From an uncultured Actinomycetota bacterium (lineage in GTDB: Bacteria > Actinomycetota > Actinomycetes > Actinomycetales > Dermatophilaceae), in contig CAWESS010000007.1 of assembly GCA_963811825.1 (NCBI GenBank), forward strand, positions 30,262-94,261: a stretch of 64,000 nt of DNA, read 5' to 3'. The position numbers and the translations under genes were made by a program. This document shows positions 32,680-44,546 of the stretch, piece by piece. Every line of letters starts with the position of its first letter. The first letter of the stretch is position 1. The notes under the pieces are model-generated. The model worked only from the letters and a program-made list of their open reading frames with translations. It was not told where the DNA came from and searched no databases.

Positions 32680-33652
32680 GTGACCTCGACCCAGCCCGCC
32701 CCGATCGTCGACCTCCTCGCCACCCTCGACCTCGAGGAGCTGGGGTCGGCCGTCATGAGCGTGCAGCCGATGTCGACCGCCGGGGCGGCGGACGGCGAGC
32801 TTCCGGTCCCGTTGCCCGAGACCTTCGCCGAGGACATCACGCTGTTTCGCGGGCAGAGCCAGAAGCAGCCGCACGGACGGGTGTTCGGTGGTCAGGTGCT
32901 CGCCCAGGGCGTCATCGCCTGCGGCCGGACGGTGCGCGCCATCGAGGGCGGGCAGGACCGCCGACTGCACTCGCTGCACGCCTACTTCATGCGCCCCGGC
33001 GACGACACGCAGCCGATCACCTTCAGCGTCGAGCGCATGCGCGACGGCCGCTCGTTCTCGACCCGCCGGGTGCACGCCATCCAGCACGGCAAGCCGATCC
33101 TGTCGATGAGCGCCTCGTTCCAGGACCCCGACAGGGGCCTGGACCACCAGGACCCCTTCCCCGAGACTCCCGCTCCGGACTCCCTCCCCTCGCTGGCCGA
33201 GCTGTTCGCCGGGGTCGACCACCCGTCGGCGCGCCACCTGGCCGAGGGTCGAGCGATCGAGCAGCGGCACGTCGAGGGCAACCTCTTCGTCACCCCGGCC
33301 ACCGAGCAGGTCGGCCGACCAGCGCGTCTGGATGCGGGCCAACGGCACGCTGCCCGACGACCCGCTCATCCACGACGCGGTGCTCGCCTACGCGTCGGAC
33401 TACTCCCTGCTCGAGACGATCCTGCGCCGTCACGGCCGCACGTGGACCACCAAGGGCCTGCGTGCCGCCAGCCTGGACCACGCGATGTGGTTCCACCGCC
33501 CTGCGCGGGCCGACGAGTGGATCCTCTACGCCGAGCACTCCCCCTCGGCCCAGGGCGGTCGGGGCCTCGGCGTCGGGCGGATGTTCACGCAGGACGGCGT
33601 GCTCATCGCGACCGTCGCCCAGGAAGGCATGCTCCGGGTCCCCCTCACCTGA
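32680..33652 (+). CDS. tesB: Acyl-CoA thioesterase II (frameshift near 33315)
   Basis: RVFGGQVLAQ, HSLHAYF, RDGRSFSTRRV, ASLDHAMWFH, QEGMLR. Confidence 0.92.
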
Positions 33653-33659
33653 CCCGGGT

Positions 33660-35560
33660 TCAGAAGGCGACGACGGCGGCGGATGCGGGCGGGAGGCGCA
33701 CGGCATCCCGGCCCAGGGACGTGCCTCCCTCGTCCCAGGCGAGCAGCACGCGAGAGACCCCACCGGGCACCGGCACCTCCTGCGCCACGTCGGCGAGGTT
33801 GACCACCACGCCGGATGCCGTCCGCCCGGCTGGCGCGTGCACCATCGCCACCCAGCGTGCGGCCTCGTCGACCCTCACCGAGACGTCTGCCAGCCGCGTC
33901 GGGTCGACGCCGATCAGGCTCCGCCGCAGCGAGATGCACGCGCGGTACCACTCGAGAACGCGAGCGTGGGCTTCCGACCCGACCTCCGACCAGTCGAGCA
34001 CCGACCGCGTCTCGGGTCGCAGGATCCTGCGGGTCAGGGACGTCGTCCGCGGACCAGCCGTGGCTGGCGAACTCGGCGTAGCGACCGGCCCGCACCGCCT
34101 CCCCCAGCGCGGTGTCCTCGAAGCTCGTGAAGTACTGCCACGGGGTCGATGCAGCCCACTCCTCGCCCATGAAGATCATCGGGGTCGTCGGCGCGAGCAG
34201 GTAGATCGCGGCCCCGGCCGCCTGCAGCCCCGGTGGAACGACCGCGCTGATGCGATCACCGGTCATCCGGTTGCCGACCTGGTCGTGCGTCTGGAGGTAG
34301 CCCAGCAGCCGTCGCGCATCGAGCGCGCTCGTGTCGACCGGCTGCCCCCATGGCCGCCCCCGAAACGAGGACAGGTTGCCGTCGTGGAGGAAGCCGCGCG
34401 TCAGGACCTTCGCGAGCACGGCGAGCGGACCGGCCTCCTCACGCCCCTCGCCCCCGGCGAAGTCGGTGTAGTACCCGTGGTCCTCGCCGGTGAGGGCGAC
34501 GTGCAGCGCGTGGTGGATGTCGTCGTCCCACTGCGCCGTCATCCCCCAGCCGCCGTGCGACGTCGGCGCGACGACGTCGACGTCGTTGAGGTCGCTCTCG
34601 GCGATGAGGTCGAGCGGCCGCCCCAGCTCGGACGACAGGGCCGCGACGGCATCGGCGCACTCGGCCAGGAAGTGCCGGGCCGAGGTGTCCCGCAGCTCGT
34701 GCACGGCATCCAGGCGCAGGGCGTCGAGGTGGAAGTCGCGCAGCCACCGCAGCGCGTTGTCGACGAGGAAACCGCGCACGTGTTCGGCGTCGTCCTGGTC
34801 GAGGTTGACCGCCGGCCCCCAGGGGGTGCCGTGCGCCGTGGTGAAGAAGGGGCCGAAGCGGGCGAGGTAGTTGCCGCTCGCGCCGAGGTGGTTGTGCACG
34901 ACGTCCAGGCACACGCCGAGACCGCGCGCGTGGCAGGCATCGACGAAGCGCGCGAAGGCGACCGGCCCGCCGTAGGGGTCGTGCACGGCATACAGCCCGA
35001 CACCGTCGTAGCCCCAGCCCCACTGGCCGTCGAAGGCGGCGACCGGCATCACGTTGACGACGTCGACCCCGAGCGAGACGAGGTGGTCGAGGCGCTCGAC
35101 GGCCGCGTCGAAGGTGCCCTCCGCGGTGAACGTGCCGACGTGCAGCTCGTAGACCACACCACCGAGCACGCCCTGTCCGTCGCGGGGGCCGCGCCAGTCG
35201 TGGTCGGTCCACGTCAGCTGAGTCGGGTCGAACGTCCGGCTCGGGCCGTGCACGCCGTGCGGCTGCCACGCACTGCGCGGGTCGGGCACGGCGGGCTCGG
35301 CGCCGTCGAGCACGAAGGCGTAGTCCAGGGCCATACCCGGGGATGCCGTGGCAGGCGCCTCCCAGCGCCACCACCCGTCTCCGACCGCCGTCATCGCCTC
35401 GCGCCCCTGGCGCCGTGTGACCTATTGGTCGATCTGACCCAGGTCGATCTGCCTCGGCCGACTCCGGGACGGACGGACCACTCGATCTCCACCCGATCGG
35501 CCAGGGGGGCCCAGACCTCGATCGGCAGCTGCCCGGCACCCGGACGGCGCGCACCGGTCA
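33660..35560 (-). CDS. treZ: Malto-oligosyltrehalose trehalohydrolase (frameshifts near 34000 and 35400)
   Basis: IEVWAP, PDPRSAWQPHGVHG, WGYDGV, LRLDAVHEL, HDQVGNR. Confidence 0.93.
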
Positions 35561-38018
35561 CGAGGACCGCACCAGGAGAGCAACCGGGCGGTGCGCCAGC
35601 AGGGAGGCCAGCGGGACCGGCCCACCAGCGACCAGCTCGTCGCCGTCGGCCAGCACGTCGCGCCACGACCCCGACGGCAGCTCGACCACGGCCCCGCCGA
35701 ATCCGCCACCCGCAGCGAGCAGCCCGGCACCGGTCGTCACGACGGTGACCACCCGTACGCCGCCCGCATCTCCACGCGCGAACGCGAGCGCGTGCTCGCT
35801 CGTGGTGCGCAGCCCGGCGTACGTCGTGCCCTCGCCGATGAAGGCGGCGGGGTCGTCGCGACGCACGCCGAGGGCCCGGGCGGTGAGCCGCAGCTTGTCG
35901 TCGTCGAGGTCGAGGGCCGGCTCGTCGGCCACGACCCGGGCCAGCCGCTCCTCGCGGTCGGTCCAGTCGACGGGACGACGGTTGTCGGGGTCGACGAGCG
36001 AGAGCGCGACGATCTCGCACCCCTGGTAGACGTCAGGGACACCGGGCATCGTGAGCTGGATGAGCTTCTGCGCGAGCACGTTCGCGCGCACCGACGGCTC
36101 GTGCGCCACCGTCCACGCGTCGAGGTGCTGCTGCACCGCCGGGTCGCGCGTGAGGGCCCGCGCGTAGTCGGTCACGGCGTCCTCGTAGGCCGCGTCGCCG
36201 TCGACCCAGGCCGTGTGGACCTTCGCCTCGCGAACGGCCTTGAGGAGGTAGTCCTCGAGCCGTGACCCCGTGATCGGCCAGGCCCCGACCAGCGTCTGCC
36301 ACAGGAGGTACTCGGTGGGCCCGTCGACGAGCTCGGTGCGGTGGGCGTCGCCGAGGCGCGCGGGCCTGCTCGACCCACCCGGCCCACCCCTCCCCGTCCT
36401 CGGCGAGCGACATGAGCCGGGCCCGCACGTCCTCCGAGCGCTTCGTGTCGTGAGTCGTGAGAGTGGTCATCGACGTCGGCCACGTCGACACGAGCCGCTC
36501 GCACCAGTCGTGGAACTCGTCCGCGGTGATCGACAGGTGGTCGGGGTGCCCGCCCACCTCGTTGGCCCCGGCCAGCCGCAGCCACCGGTAGTAGGCGGTG
36601 TCCTCGATGCCCTTGGCCATGACCGGGCCGCAGGTCTGCTGGAAGCGCACCCGGAAGTCGTCGGCGAGCGCACCGGTGTCGAGCCCCGCCCCGCGCACCT
36701 CACGGCCGAGCACGAGGTCGACGACGACGCCCAGGGCCTCCTCGTCGCTCGGCGCGATCCGCGCTCGCGCGCGATCGGCAGCGCCCTCGATGACCGCGAC
36801 CTGCTCGGGCTCCACCGAGCGGCCAGGGACGACGTAGGCCCGGTAGCGGTCCATCGCCACGAGCAGGGCCTCGAGCGACCGGCGGGCCGCGGCCTGGTCG
36901 ACGTCGGGCAGGATGCGCCGCACGAGGCGCATGAGCCGGTCGACCTCGGCGGCCTGCACGTCGTCGACGACGAGCCGCTTGGCCTGGCCCACGACGTCGT
37001 CGAGCTCGACGCGGTCAGGTGCCGCCTCGGCCCAGAGGCGGTCGAGGGCCGCCGTGCCGGCATCCGGGGTGAGCACCTGCTGCACCCGCAGCAGCGCGTC
37101 GTAGCCGGTGGTCCCGGCACAGCGCCACCCCTCCGGCAGCGTCTCGTCACCCTCGAGGATCTTCTCCACGACCACCCAGGAGTTCCCCGTCGCGTCGGCG
37201 AGCCGCTCGAGGTACCCGCCGGGATCGGCGAGCCCGTCGGGGTGGTCGATCCGGAAGCCGTCGACCGCACCGTGCCCGTGCAGGGCGAGCAGCAGGGCGT
37301 GGGTGGCCATGAAGACGACGGGGTCCTCGACCCGCACCGCGACGAGCGAGGTGACGTCGAAGAAGCGGCGGTAGTTGAGCGCCTCCCCCGCCTCGCGCCA
37401 GCTGGACAGCCGGTAGGCCTGTGCGTCGACGAGGTCCGCCAGCGGCAGGTCCTCGGTGCCCGGTGCCACGGGGAACTCGGCGTCGTAGTAGCGCAGGACC
37501 GGGTCGGATGCCGTCGGCCCGCCGTCCGCGACGAGCACCAGTTCGCCTGCCTCGAGGGCCTGCTCGACCGTTCCGCCGAGCACGGGCATGAGCAGCCGGT
37601 CGTCCTCGGCGACCCAGTCGACGTCGAACCACCCGGCGTACGGGGACCGTCGCCCGTCGCGCAGCAGCGACCAGAACGGGGCGTTGAGGTGCGCCGGCTG
37701 CGGCACGGCCATGTGGTTGGGCACGACGTCGACGATGATGCCGAGGCCGGCGTCGCGGCAGGCGGCGACGAGCCGCTCGAACGCGCCGCGACCACCCGCC
37801 TCCTCGCTGATGCGGGTGTGGTCGAGCACGTCGTAGCCGTGCATCGAGCCCGGCGCTGCCTGGAGCACCGGGGACAGGTAGAGGTGCGAGACGCCGAGCG
37901 ATGCCAGGTAGGCCGTGTGGCGCGCCGCCTCGTCGTAGCCGAACCCGGCGTGGATCTGCAGGCGGTAGGTCGCCGTCGGAACCACGCGGCCGGGTTCGGG
38001 TCGATGGGCTGGGGACAT
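35558..38018 (-). CDS. treY: Malto-oligosyltrehalose synthase (frameshifts near 36350 and 37995)
   Basis: TATYRLQ, GSMHGYDV, NYRRFFDV, RIDHPDGLADP, MAKGIEDTAYYR, TTHDTKRSED, PGVPDVYQG. Confidence 0.94.
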
Positions 38019-38020
38019 GC

Positions 38021-40171
38021 TCACACCCGGTTGGAGGTCGCGGCTCCGGACGGCTGAGGCGCGGCCTCGCGGGGGCTGCGCAGGACGATGACCGAGCGGG
38101 GCGCCACCATCAGCTCGCTGCCGGCGTCGTGCCACGTCTGGTCGACGATGTCGGCCCCGGTGTCGATCTCGGCGACCCAGTGCTCGCCCCACTCCTTGTC
38201 GGGCAGGACGAACGAGTCCTCCTCGTGGTCGGCGTTGAAGATGACGAGGAAGTCGTCGTCGAGCACGCGTCGACCCCGGGAGTCGGGCGTCGGGATGGCC
38301 TGGCCGTTGAGGAAGACCATGACGGTCTTCGCCTCGTCGTTGGACCAGGCCGACTCGCCCATGGGCTCACCCGAGGGCTGGAACCAGGCGATGTCGCCGA
38401 GCTCGGACGTCCCGCCGTGGTCGGCACTGCCCGCGAAGAAGCGGCGACGGCGGAAGACCGCGTGGTCGCGGCGCAGGGTGGTCAGCGCCGCGGTGAAGGC
38501 GTAGAGCTCCTTCTGCCACTCGTCGAGGTCCCAGTCGACCCAGGACAGCTCGTTGTCCTGGCAGTAGACGTTGTTGTTGCCCTGCTGGGTGCGCCCGATC
38601 TCGTCACCGTGGGCGATCATCGGGACGCCCTGGCTGAGCAGGAGCGTGGTGAGGAAGTTGCGCTGCTGGCGCAGCCGCAGCGCGGCCACCTCGGGGTCGT
38701 CGCTCGGCCCCTCCTCGCCGCAGTTCCACGAGCGGTTGTGGCTCTCGCCGTCGTTGCCGTCCTCGCCGTTGGCATCGTTGCGCTTCTCGTTGTAGGACAC
38801 GAGGTCGCGCAGGGTGAAGCCGTCGTGCGCCGTGACGAAGTTGATCGACGCGATCGGTTTGCGGCCACTGTGCTCGTAGAGGTCGCTGGACCCCGTGAGG
38901 CGGGACGCGAACTCGCCCAGGGTGCGGGGCTCACCGCGCCAGAAGTCGCGCACGGTGTCGCGGTACTTGCCGTTCCACTCGGTCCACAGCGGCGGGAAGT
39001 TGCCGACCTGGTAGCCGCCGTCGCCGACGTCCCAGGGCTCGGCGATGAGCTTGACCTGGGAGATGACGGGGTCCTGCTGGATGAGGTCGAAGAACGCCGA
39101 CAGCTTGTCGACCTCGTGGAACTGCCGGGCCAGGGTGGCCGCGAGGTCGAAGCGGAAGCCGTCGACGTGCATGTCGGTGACCCAGTAGCGCAGCGAGTCC
39201 ATGATCAGCTGCAGGACGTGCGGGTGCCGCATGAGCAGGCTGTTCCCGGTGCCGGTCGTGTCGTAGTAGTGGTCCTTGGCGTCGTCGACGAGGCGGTAGT
39301 AGGCCGCGTTGTCGATGCCGCGGAAGCACAGGGTCGGGCCGAACTCGTTGCCCTCGGCGGTGTGGTTGTAGACGACGTCGAGGATGACCTCGATGTCGGC
39401 CGCGTGCAGGGCCTTGACCATCGCCTTGAACTCGGTGACCTGCTCACCGCGACGGCCGCGGGCGTAGTCGTTGTGCGGGGCGAGGAAGCCGATGGTGTTG
39501 TAGCCCCAGTAGTTGGTCAGGCCCTTGGCCTGCAGCGAGGTGTCCTGCACGAACTGGTGCACCGGCATCAGCTCGATGGCGGTGATGCCCAGCGCCGTCA
39601 GGTGGTCGATGATCGCGGGGTGCGCGATGCCGGCATACGTGCCGCGGATCTCGGCAGGCACGTCCGGGTGGGTCATCGTCAGGCCCTTGACGTGCGCCTC
39701 GTAGATGACCGTCTCGTGGTACTCGTGGCGCGGCGGCCGGTCGTGGCCCCAGTCGAAGTACGGGTTGATGACGACCGAGAGCATCGTCTTGCCGAGGTTG
39801 TCCTCGGTGTTGCGCTTCTTCGGGTCCTTGAAGTCGTAGGAGAACAGGGCCTGGTCGTTCGTGACCTGACCCTCGATCGCCTTCGCGTAGGGGTCCAGGA
39901 GGAGCTTGCTGGGGTCGCAGCGGTGACCGTTCTTGGGGTCGTAGGGACCGTGCACCCGAAAGCCGTAGCGCTGGCCGGGCGAGATGCCGGGCACGTACGC
40001 GTGGTGGACGAAGCCGTCGACCTCGGGGAGGTCGACGCGGGTCTCGACGCCGTCGTCGTCGACGAGGCACAGCTCGACGCGGTCGGCCACCTCGCTGAAC
40101 AGGGCGAAGTTCACGCCGCTGCCGTCGTAGGTGGCACCGAGGGGGTATGCCGTTCCGGGCCAGATCTGCAC
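38021..40171 (-). CDS. glgX: Glycogen debranching enzyme GlgX/TreX
   Basis: YPLGATYDG, NYWGYNT, DGFRFDLA, AEPWD, HDGFTL. Confidence 0.97.
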   Translation of the reverse strand: MQIWPGTAYPLGATYDGSGVNFALFSEVADRVELCLVDDDGVETRVDLPEVDGFVHHAYVPGISPGQRYGFRVHGPYDPKNGHRCDPSKLLLDPYAKAIEGQVTNDQALFSYDFKDPKKRNTEDNLGKTMLSVVINPYFDWGHDRPPRHEYHETVIYEAHVKGLTMTHPDVPAEIRGTYAGIAHPAIIDHLTALGITAIELMPVHQFVQDTSLQAKGLTNYWGYNTIGFLAPHNDYARGRRGEQVTEFKAMVKALHAADIEVILDVVYNHTAEGNEFGPTLCFRGIDNAAYYRLVDDAKDHYYDTTGTGNSLLMRHPHVLQLIMDSLRYWVTDMHVDGFRFDLAATLARQFHEVDKLSAFFDLIQQDPVISQVKLIAEPWDVGDGGYQVGNFPPLWTEWNGKYRDTVRDFWRGEPRTLGEFASRLTGSSDLYEHSGRKPIASINFVTAHDGFTLRDLVSYNEKRNDANGEDGNDGESHNRSWNCGEEGPSDDPEVAALRLRQQRNFLTTLLLSQGVPMIAHGDEIGRTQQGNNNVYCQDNELSWVDWDLDEWQKELYAFTAALTTLRRDHAVFRRRRFFAGSADHGGTSELGDIAWFQPSGEPMGESAWSNDEAKTVMVFLNGQAIPTPDSRGRRVLDDDFLVIFNADHEEDSFVLPDKEWGEHWVAEIDTGADIVDQTWHDAGSELMVAPRSVIVLRSPREAAPQPSGAATSNRV

Positions 40172-40334
40172 TGGTTGCCTTCCGTGGGTGGTCAGGGACC
40201 AGCGACGGTGCTGGGGGCTCGCGGGGGCCCAGGAGCCGCCCGCGATGGTTCCCAAACCTACCCGGCACGACCGACGACGCGAAAACGTTCGGCCGTGGCC
40301 GGCATCCGGCGTACTGCTCGGTAGGGTCGAGCCC

Positions 40335-41091
40335 ATGGACACCCAACGCGTCGCCATCGTCACCGGAGCAGCCCGCGGCATCGGGGCGGCGACCGCCCGA
40401 CGGTTGGCCGGCGACGGCTTCGCCGTGGCGGTGCTCGACCTCGACGAGGCCGCCTGCGAGGGGGTGGCGGACGGCATCCGGGACGGCCGGCGGTCAGGCG
40501 CTGGGACTGGGGGTCGACGTGACGAGCGCGGAGCAGGTCGAGGCCGGGGTGGCGCGAGTGGCCGCCGAGCTCGGGCCGCCGGTGGTGCTGGTGAACAACG
40601 CCGGCATCATCCGCGACAACCTCATCTTCAAGATGACCGAAGGTGACTGGGATGCCGTGATGGCGGTGCACCTCAAGGGTGCGTTCCTCATGACGCGGGC
40701 GTGCCAGGCGCACATGACGGCGCAGAAGTACGGGCGCATCGTGAACCTGTCGTCGTCGTCGGCGCAGGGCAACCGCGGGCAGGCGAACTACTCCGCGGCC
40801 AAGGCGGGGCTGCAGGGGTTCACCAAGACGCTGGCCATCGAGCTCGGCCGCTTCGGGGTGACCGCGAACGCCGTGGCTCCCGGGTTCATCCAGACCGACA
40901 TGACGGCCGCCACCGCCGAGCGCATCGGGGTGCCGTTCGAGGACTTCCTGGCCCACGCCGCCTCCCAGGTGCCGGTGCAGCGGGTGGGCCAGCCCGACGA
41001 CATCGCGGCGACGATCGCCTTCCTCGTGTCGGCCGAGGCGGGGTTCGTGTCGGGGCAGGTCATCTACGTGGCCGGCGGGCCGCTCGACTGA
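40335..41091 (+). CDS. fabG: SDR, 3-oxoacyl-ACP reductase FabG-like (frameshift near 40485)
   Basis: TGAARGIG, NNAG, YSAAK, PGFIQTDM. Confidence 0.85.
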
Positions 41092-41108
41092 CGGGACCGG
41101 CACCCCTC

Positions 41109-41813
41109 ATGCGTCCTCGTACCCCTGCCGTCGGCGGCATGGTCGGCCTGTTCGTGGCCGTCGCCCTCCTGCACCTCGGCGCGCAGCTGTCCGGCGGCGA
41201 CGACGTCGCGGACGCCACGCAGGTGCTGCTCATGCCGGTGCTCGCGGCGGTGCTGTGGCTGCAGTCAGCCGCTCCCCGGAGTCGCCTCGTGGTGCTCACG
41301 CTCGTCGCGCTCGGGCTGTCCTGGCTCGGCGACAGCGCCCCGAAGCTGACGGACGGGGATGCCGCGTTCCTCGTGATGGTCGGCTTCTTCCTGCTCGCGC
41401 AGGTCGCCTACATCGTCGCCTTCTGGCCGTACCGGACGAACAGCGTTCTGCACCAGCGTCGCCCGCTGCTGCTCGGGTACGTGGCAGCGGTGGCCGGGCT
41501 CGTGGCGGCCTGCGTCGGCGGGGCAGCGGGGATGCTCGTGCCGGTGCTCGTGTACGGCGCCCTGCTCGGCACGATGGCGGTGCTCGCCACCGGGGTCAAC
41601 CTGCTGACCGCGGTCGGCGGGGCGCTGTTCCTCGTCTCCGACGGGCTGATCGCGCTCGACGCCTTCGCCGGCGGCTTCGACCTGCCGGGTCAGGGCTTCT
41701 GGGTCATGGCGACCTACATCGCCGCCCAGACCCTCATCGTCGCCGGCGTCCTGCGCGAGCAGACCCGCGTGCGAGCGCCCCAACCGACGACGGATGCCGT
41801 CCGCTCGGGGTGA
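41109..41813 (+). CDS. YhhN-family lysoplasmalogenase-like membrane protein
   Basis: LSWLGD, FFLLAQVAY, GALFLVSD, VMATYIAAQ. Confidence 0.85.
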   Translation: MRPRTPAVGGMVGLFVAVALLHLGAQLSGGDDVADATQVLLMPVLAAVLWLQSAAPRSRLVVLTLVALGLSWLGDSAPKLTDGDAAFLVMVGFFLLAQVAYIVAFWPYRTNSVLHQRRPLLLGYVAAVAGLVAACVGGAAGMLVPVLVYGALLGTMAVLATGVNLLTAVGGALFLVSDGLIALDAFAGGFDLPGQGFWVMATYIAAQTLIVAGVLREQTRVRAPQPTTDAVRSG

Positions 41814-41832
41814 GCGGACGGCATCCGGGGGG
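41791..41832. repeat. REP-like palindrome, copy 2
   Basis: 16-bp arms cggatgccgtccgctc / gagcggacggcatccg plus G tail; between convergent genes and overlapping the yhhN stop codon. Confidence 0.9.
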
Positions 41833-41846
41833 TGCGTCGTCGGGCC

Positions 41847-42992
41847 TCAGAGGCCGAGGTCGCGGCCGATGAGCTCCTTCATGATCTCGTTGGAGCCGGC
41901 CCAGATCTTGGTCACGCGCGCGTCGCGCCACGCCCGGGCCACGCGGTACTCGTTCATGAAGCCGTAGCCGCCGTAGAGCTGCACGCACTCGTCGAGCACG
42001 TCGTTCTGCACCTGGGCGCTCCACCACTTGGCCTTGGCCGCGTCGACGGCGGAGAGCTCGCCCTTCGAGTGCGCTTCGATGCAGTCGTCGACGTAGGCCT
42101 CTGCGACCTCGATCGCCGTCACCATCTCGGCGAGCTTGAACTTGTTGTGCTGGAAGGACCCGATGGCCTGGCCGAACGCCTTGCGCTCCTTGGCGTACTC
42201 GATGGTCTCCAGGAGGATCTGCTTGGCGTGCGCCACGTTCGCGCTGGCCGCACCGACGCGCTCCTGCGGGAGGCGCTGCATCATCGCGATGAAGCCCATG
42301 CCCTCGTCGCCGATGCGGTTGGTGTCGGGCACGCGAACGTCCTGGAAGAACAGCTCGGCGGTGTCGGACTCCTCCTGGCCGACCTTGTCGAGCTTGCGTC
42401 CGCGGGTGAAGCCCTCCATCCCGTCCTCGACCATGAACAACGTGATGCCCTTGGCGCCCTTGCTCGGGTCGGTGCGGGTGGCGACGATGACGAGGTCGGC
42501 CTGGTAGCCGTTGGTGATGAAGGTCTTGCTGCCGTTCAGCACCCAGTGGTCGCCGTCGCGCACCGCGGTGGTCTTCAGGGCCGCGAGGTCGGAGCCGCCA
42601 CCGGGCTCGGTCATGGCGATGGCGCAGATCTTCTCGCCCGCGGCCATGGCCGGCAGCCAGCGCTCCTTCTGCTCCTGCGTGCCGAGGTCGACGATGTAGG
42701 GCGGGCAGACGTCGCTGTGGATGCCGAAGCACGAACCGACGGCGGCGTTGAAGCCGTTGAGCACCTCGGCCGAGACGGCGTTGAAGCGGTAGTCCTCGGC
42801 GCCCATGCCGCCGAACTCCTCGGGGATGTCGAGGCCGAAGAGCCCCTGGCTGCCGGCCTCCTTCCAGATGTCGCGGTCGATGGTCTTGACCTCGAGCATC
42901 TGCTCGGCGCGCGGCTTGAGCGTGCGCTCGACGAACTCGCTCACGGAGGCTCGGAAGTCCTCGTGCTCGGGACCGTAGATGTTGCGGGGCAT
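41847..42992 (-). CDS. Acyl-CoA dehydrogenase
   Basis: AMTEPGGGSDL, NGSKTFITNG, QLYGGYG, IWAGSNEIMK. Confidence 0.97.
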   Translation of the reverse strand: MPRNIYGPEHEDFRASVSEFVERTLKPRAEQMLEVKTIDRDIWKEAGSQGLFGLDIPEEFGGMGAEDYRFNAVSAEVLNGFNAAVGSCFGIHSDVCPPYIVDLGTQEQKERWLPAMAAGEKICAIAMTEPGGGSDLAALKTTAVRDGDHWVLNGSKTFITNGYQADLVIVATRTDPSKGAKGITLFMVEDGMEGFTRGRKLDKVGQEESDTAELFFQDVRVPDTNRIGDEGMGFIAMMQRLPQERVGAASANVAHAKQILLETIEYAKERKAFGQAIGSFQHNKFKLAEMVTAIEVAEAYVDDCIEAHSKGELSAVDAAKAKWWSAQVQNDVLDECVQLYGGYGFMNEYRVARAWRDARVTKIWAGSNEIMKELIGRDLGL

Positions 42993-43034
42993 CGAAACTC
43001 CTCCGGGGGTGGATCAGCAGATCGCGTCGGCGTT

Positions 43035-43054
43035 GACTAAGCGCTTGCTTAGTC
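43035..43054. promoter_or_regulatory. Palindromic TetR operator
   Basis: GACTAAGC-GCTT-GCTTAGTC between the divergent ACAD and tetR genes; resembles the KstR2-type AnCAAGnnCTTGnT. Confidence 0.7.
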
Positions 43055-43081
43055 TCGCGTGGGTGCGGCATGCTGTCAACC

Positions 43082-43747
43082 GTGCCGAGCACCACACCGA
43101 TGAGCGAGACCGCCCTCCTCGCCGCCCTCGCCCCCGACGGCGGGCGCCACTCTGCCGTCGGTGACGTCACCGACACCGCGGTGCGGATCATGCTCGCCGC
43201 CGCGGACGCCTTCGCCGAGCGCGGCTTCCACGCCACGACGACCCGCGACATCTCCTCGCGCGCCGGCCTGTCCCCCGCGGGCGTCTACGTGCACTTCGCC
43301 TCCAAGGAGGTGCTCCTGTTCGAGCTCAGCCGTCGGGGGCACGAGCGGGCCCGCGACCTGCTGGTCGCGGCGGCGGATGCGGCGGCGAGCCCGACCGACG
43401 CGCTGCGCGCCATCATCGGCGGCTTCTCGCGCTGGCACGCCGAGCACTACGAGCTCGGACGGATCGTCCAGTTCGAGTTCCGTCACCTGCGCCCCGAGCA
43501 CCGGGATGCCGTGCTCGGGCTGCGCAAGGAGATCGACCAGGTCGTGGCCGGGGTGTTGCGTGAGGGCGTGGAGACCGGCGAGTTCGAGGTCACCGACGTC
43601 CCCGCCACCGCCCTCGCACTCCTGTCGATGGCCATCGACGTCGCCCGCTGGTACACCCCTGACGTGCGTCGGACGCCGGAGGCGATCGAGGTCACCTACG
43701 GGGAGCTCGCGGTGCGCCTCGTGCGCGCCGCGGGCCGCTCGGCGTGA
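43082..43747 (+). CDS. TetR-family regulator with KstR2-like C-terminal domain
   Basis: FAERGFHATTTRDI...GVYVHFASKE; DVARWY. Confidence 0.92.
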   Translation: MPSTTPMSETALLAALAPDGGRHSAVGDVTDTAVRIMLAAADAFAERGFHATTTRDISSRAGLSPAGVYVHFASKEVLLFELSRRGHERARDLLVAAADAAASPTDALRAIIGGFSRWHAEHYELGRIVQFEFRHLRPEHRDAVLGLRKEIDQVVAGVLREGVETGEFEVTDVPATALALLSMAIDVARWYTPDVRRTPEAIEVTYGELAVRLVRAAGRSA

Positions 43748-43781
43748 GAGCGCCGGGCGCTCGGGTCGCTACAGTGACGCG

Positions 43782-44519
43782 GTGAGGAACGCCGAAAGCG
43801 CATCGGGGCACGGTGGGTCCCCATCGATCGAGACGCCCGACTACTGGTGGTACGTCGCGCGGGCGGACCTGCTCGAGACCGCGCTGCGCTCCCACGTCGA
43901 GGGCGCCGGGCTGACCCTCGACCTCGGCAGCGCCGACGGCCCCAGTGCAGCCTGGTTGCGGGATGCCGTGCGGCGCACCGTCTCGCTCGACATCGACCCC
44001 CGGGGTCTGGGCAGCGACGGTGTGTGCGGCTCGGCGTTGGCGCTCCCGTTCGCCGACGAGACCTTCGAGGTCGTCTCGGCGTTCGACGTCATCGAGCACT
44101 GCGAACCTGAGGCCCAGGCCCTCTCCGAGGTGCGCCGGGTGCTGCGCCCCGGTGGACGCTTCGTCATGTCGGTGCCCGCGTACACCTGGGCGTGGAGCGA
44201 CTTCGACGTCGCCAACGGCCACCACCGCCGCTACACCCGTGCACGTGCGCGCGCGGCGGTGGAGGCTGCCGGCTTCAGCGTGCAGCGGGTCACGCACGGC
44301 TTCGCGACGGTCTTCCCGATGTTCGCCGCAGAGCGGGTTGCGCGCAAGGTGCGGGGCCGCCGGGCACCGGGCGCCGTCGACATCGTCGAGGTCCCCTCGG
44401 TGCCGAAGCCACTCAACGATGCCCTGCTGGCGATGTCGCGCTTCGACCGGCACATCCTGGCCCGCACCGACCTGCCCTTCGGCTCGTCGGTGTTCGTGGC
44501 CGCCACCCGTCAGGGCTGA
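43782..44519 (+). CDS. Class I SAM-dependent methyltransferase
   Basis: LDLGSADG, LPFAD..F, FDVIEH, WSDFDVANGHHRRY. Confidence 0.9.
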   Translation: MRNAESASGHGGSPSIETPDYWWYVARADLLETALRSHVEGAGLTLDLGSADGPSAAWLRDAVRRTVSLDIDPRGLGSDGVCGSALALPFADETFEVVSAFDVIEHCEPEAQALSEVRRVLRPGGRFVMSVPAYTWAWSDFDVANGHHRRYTRARARAAVEAAGFSVQRVTHGFATVFPMFAAERVARKVRGRRAPGAVDIVEVPSVPKPLNDALLAMSRFDRHILARTDLPFGSSVFVAATRQG

Positions 44520-44546
44520 CGGGACACCGGACGGCCGGGCTGCCGC

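Noticed and set aside
33660-40171. treX-treY-treZ cluster as a novel system
   Set aside because: This is the well-known glycogen-to-trehalose pathway in its usual arrangement.
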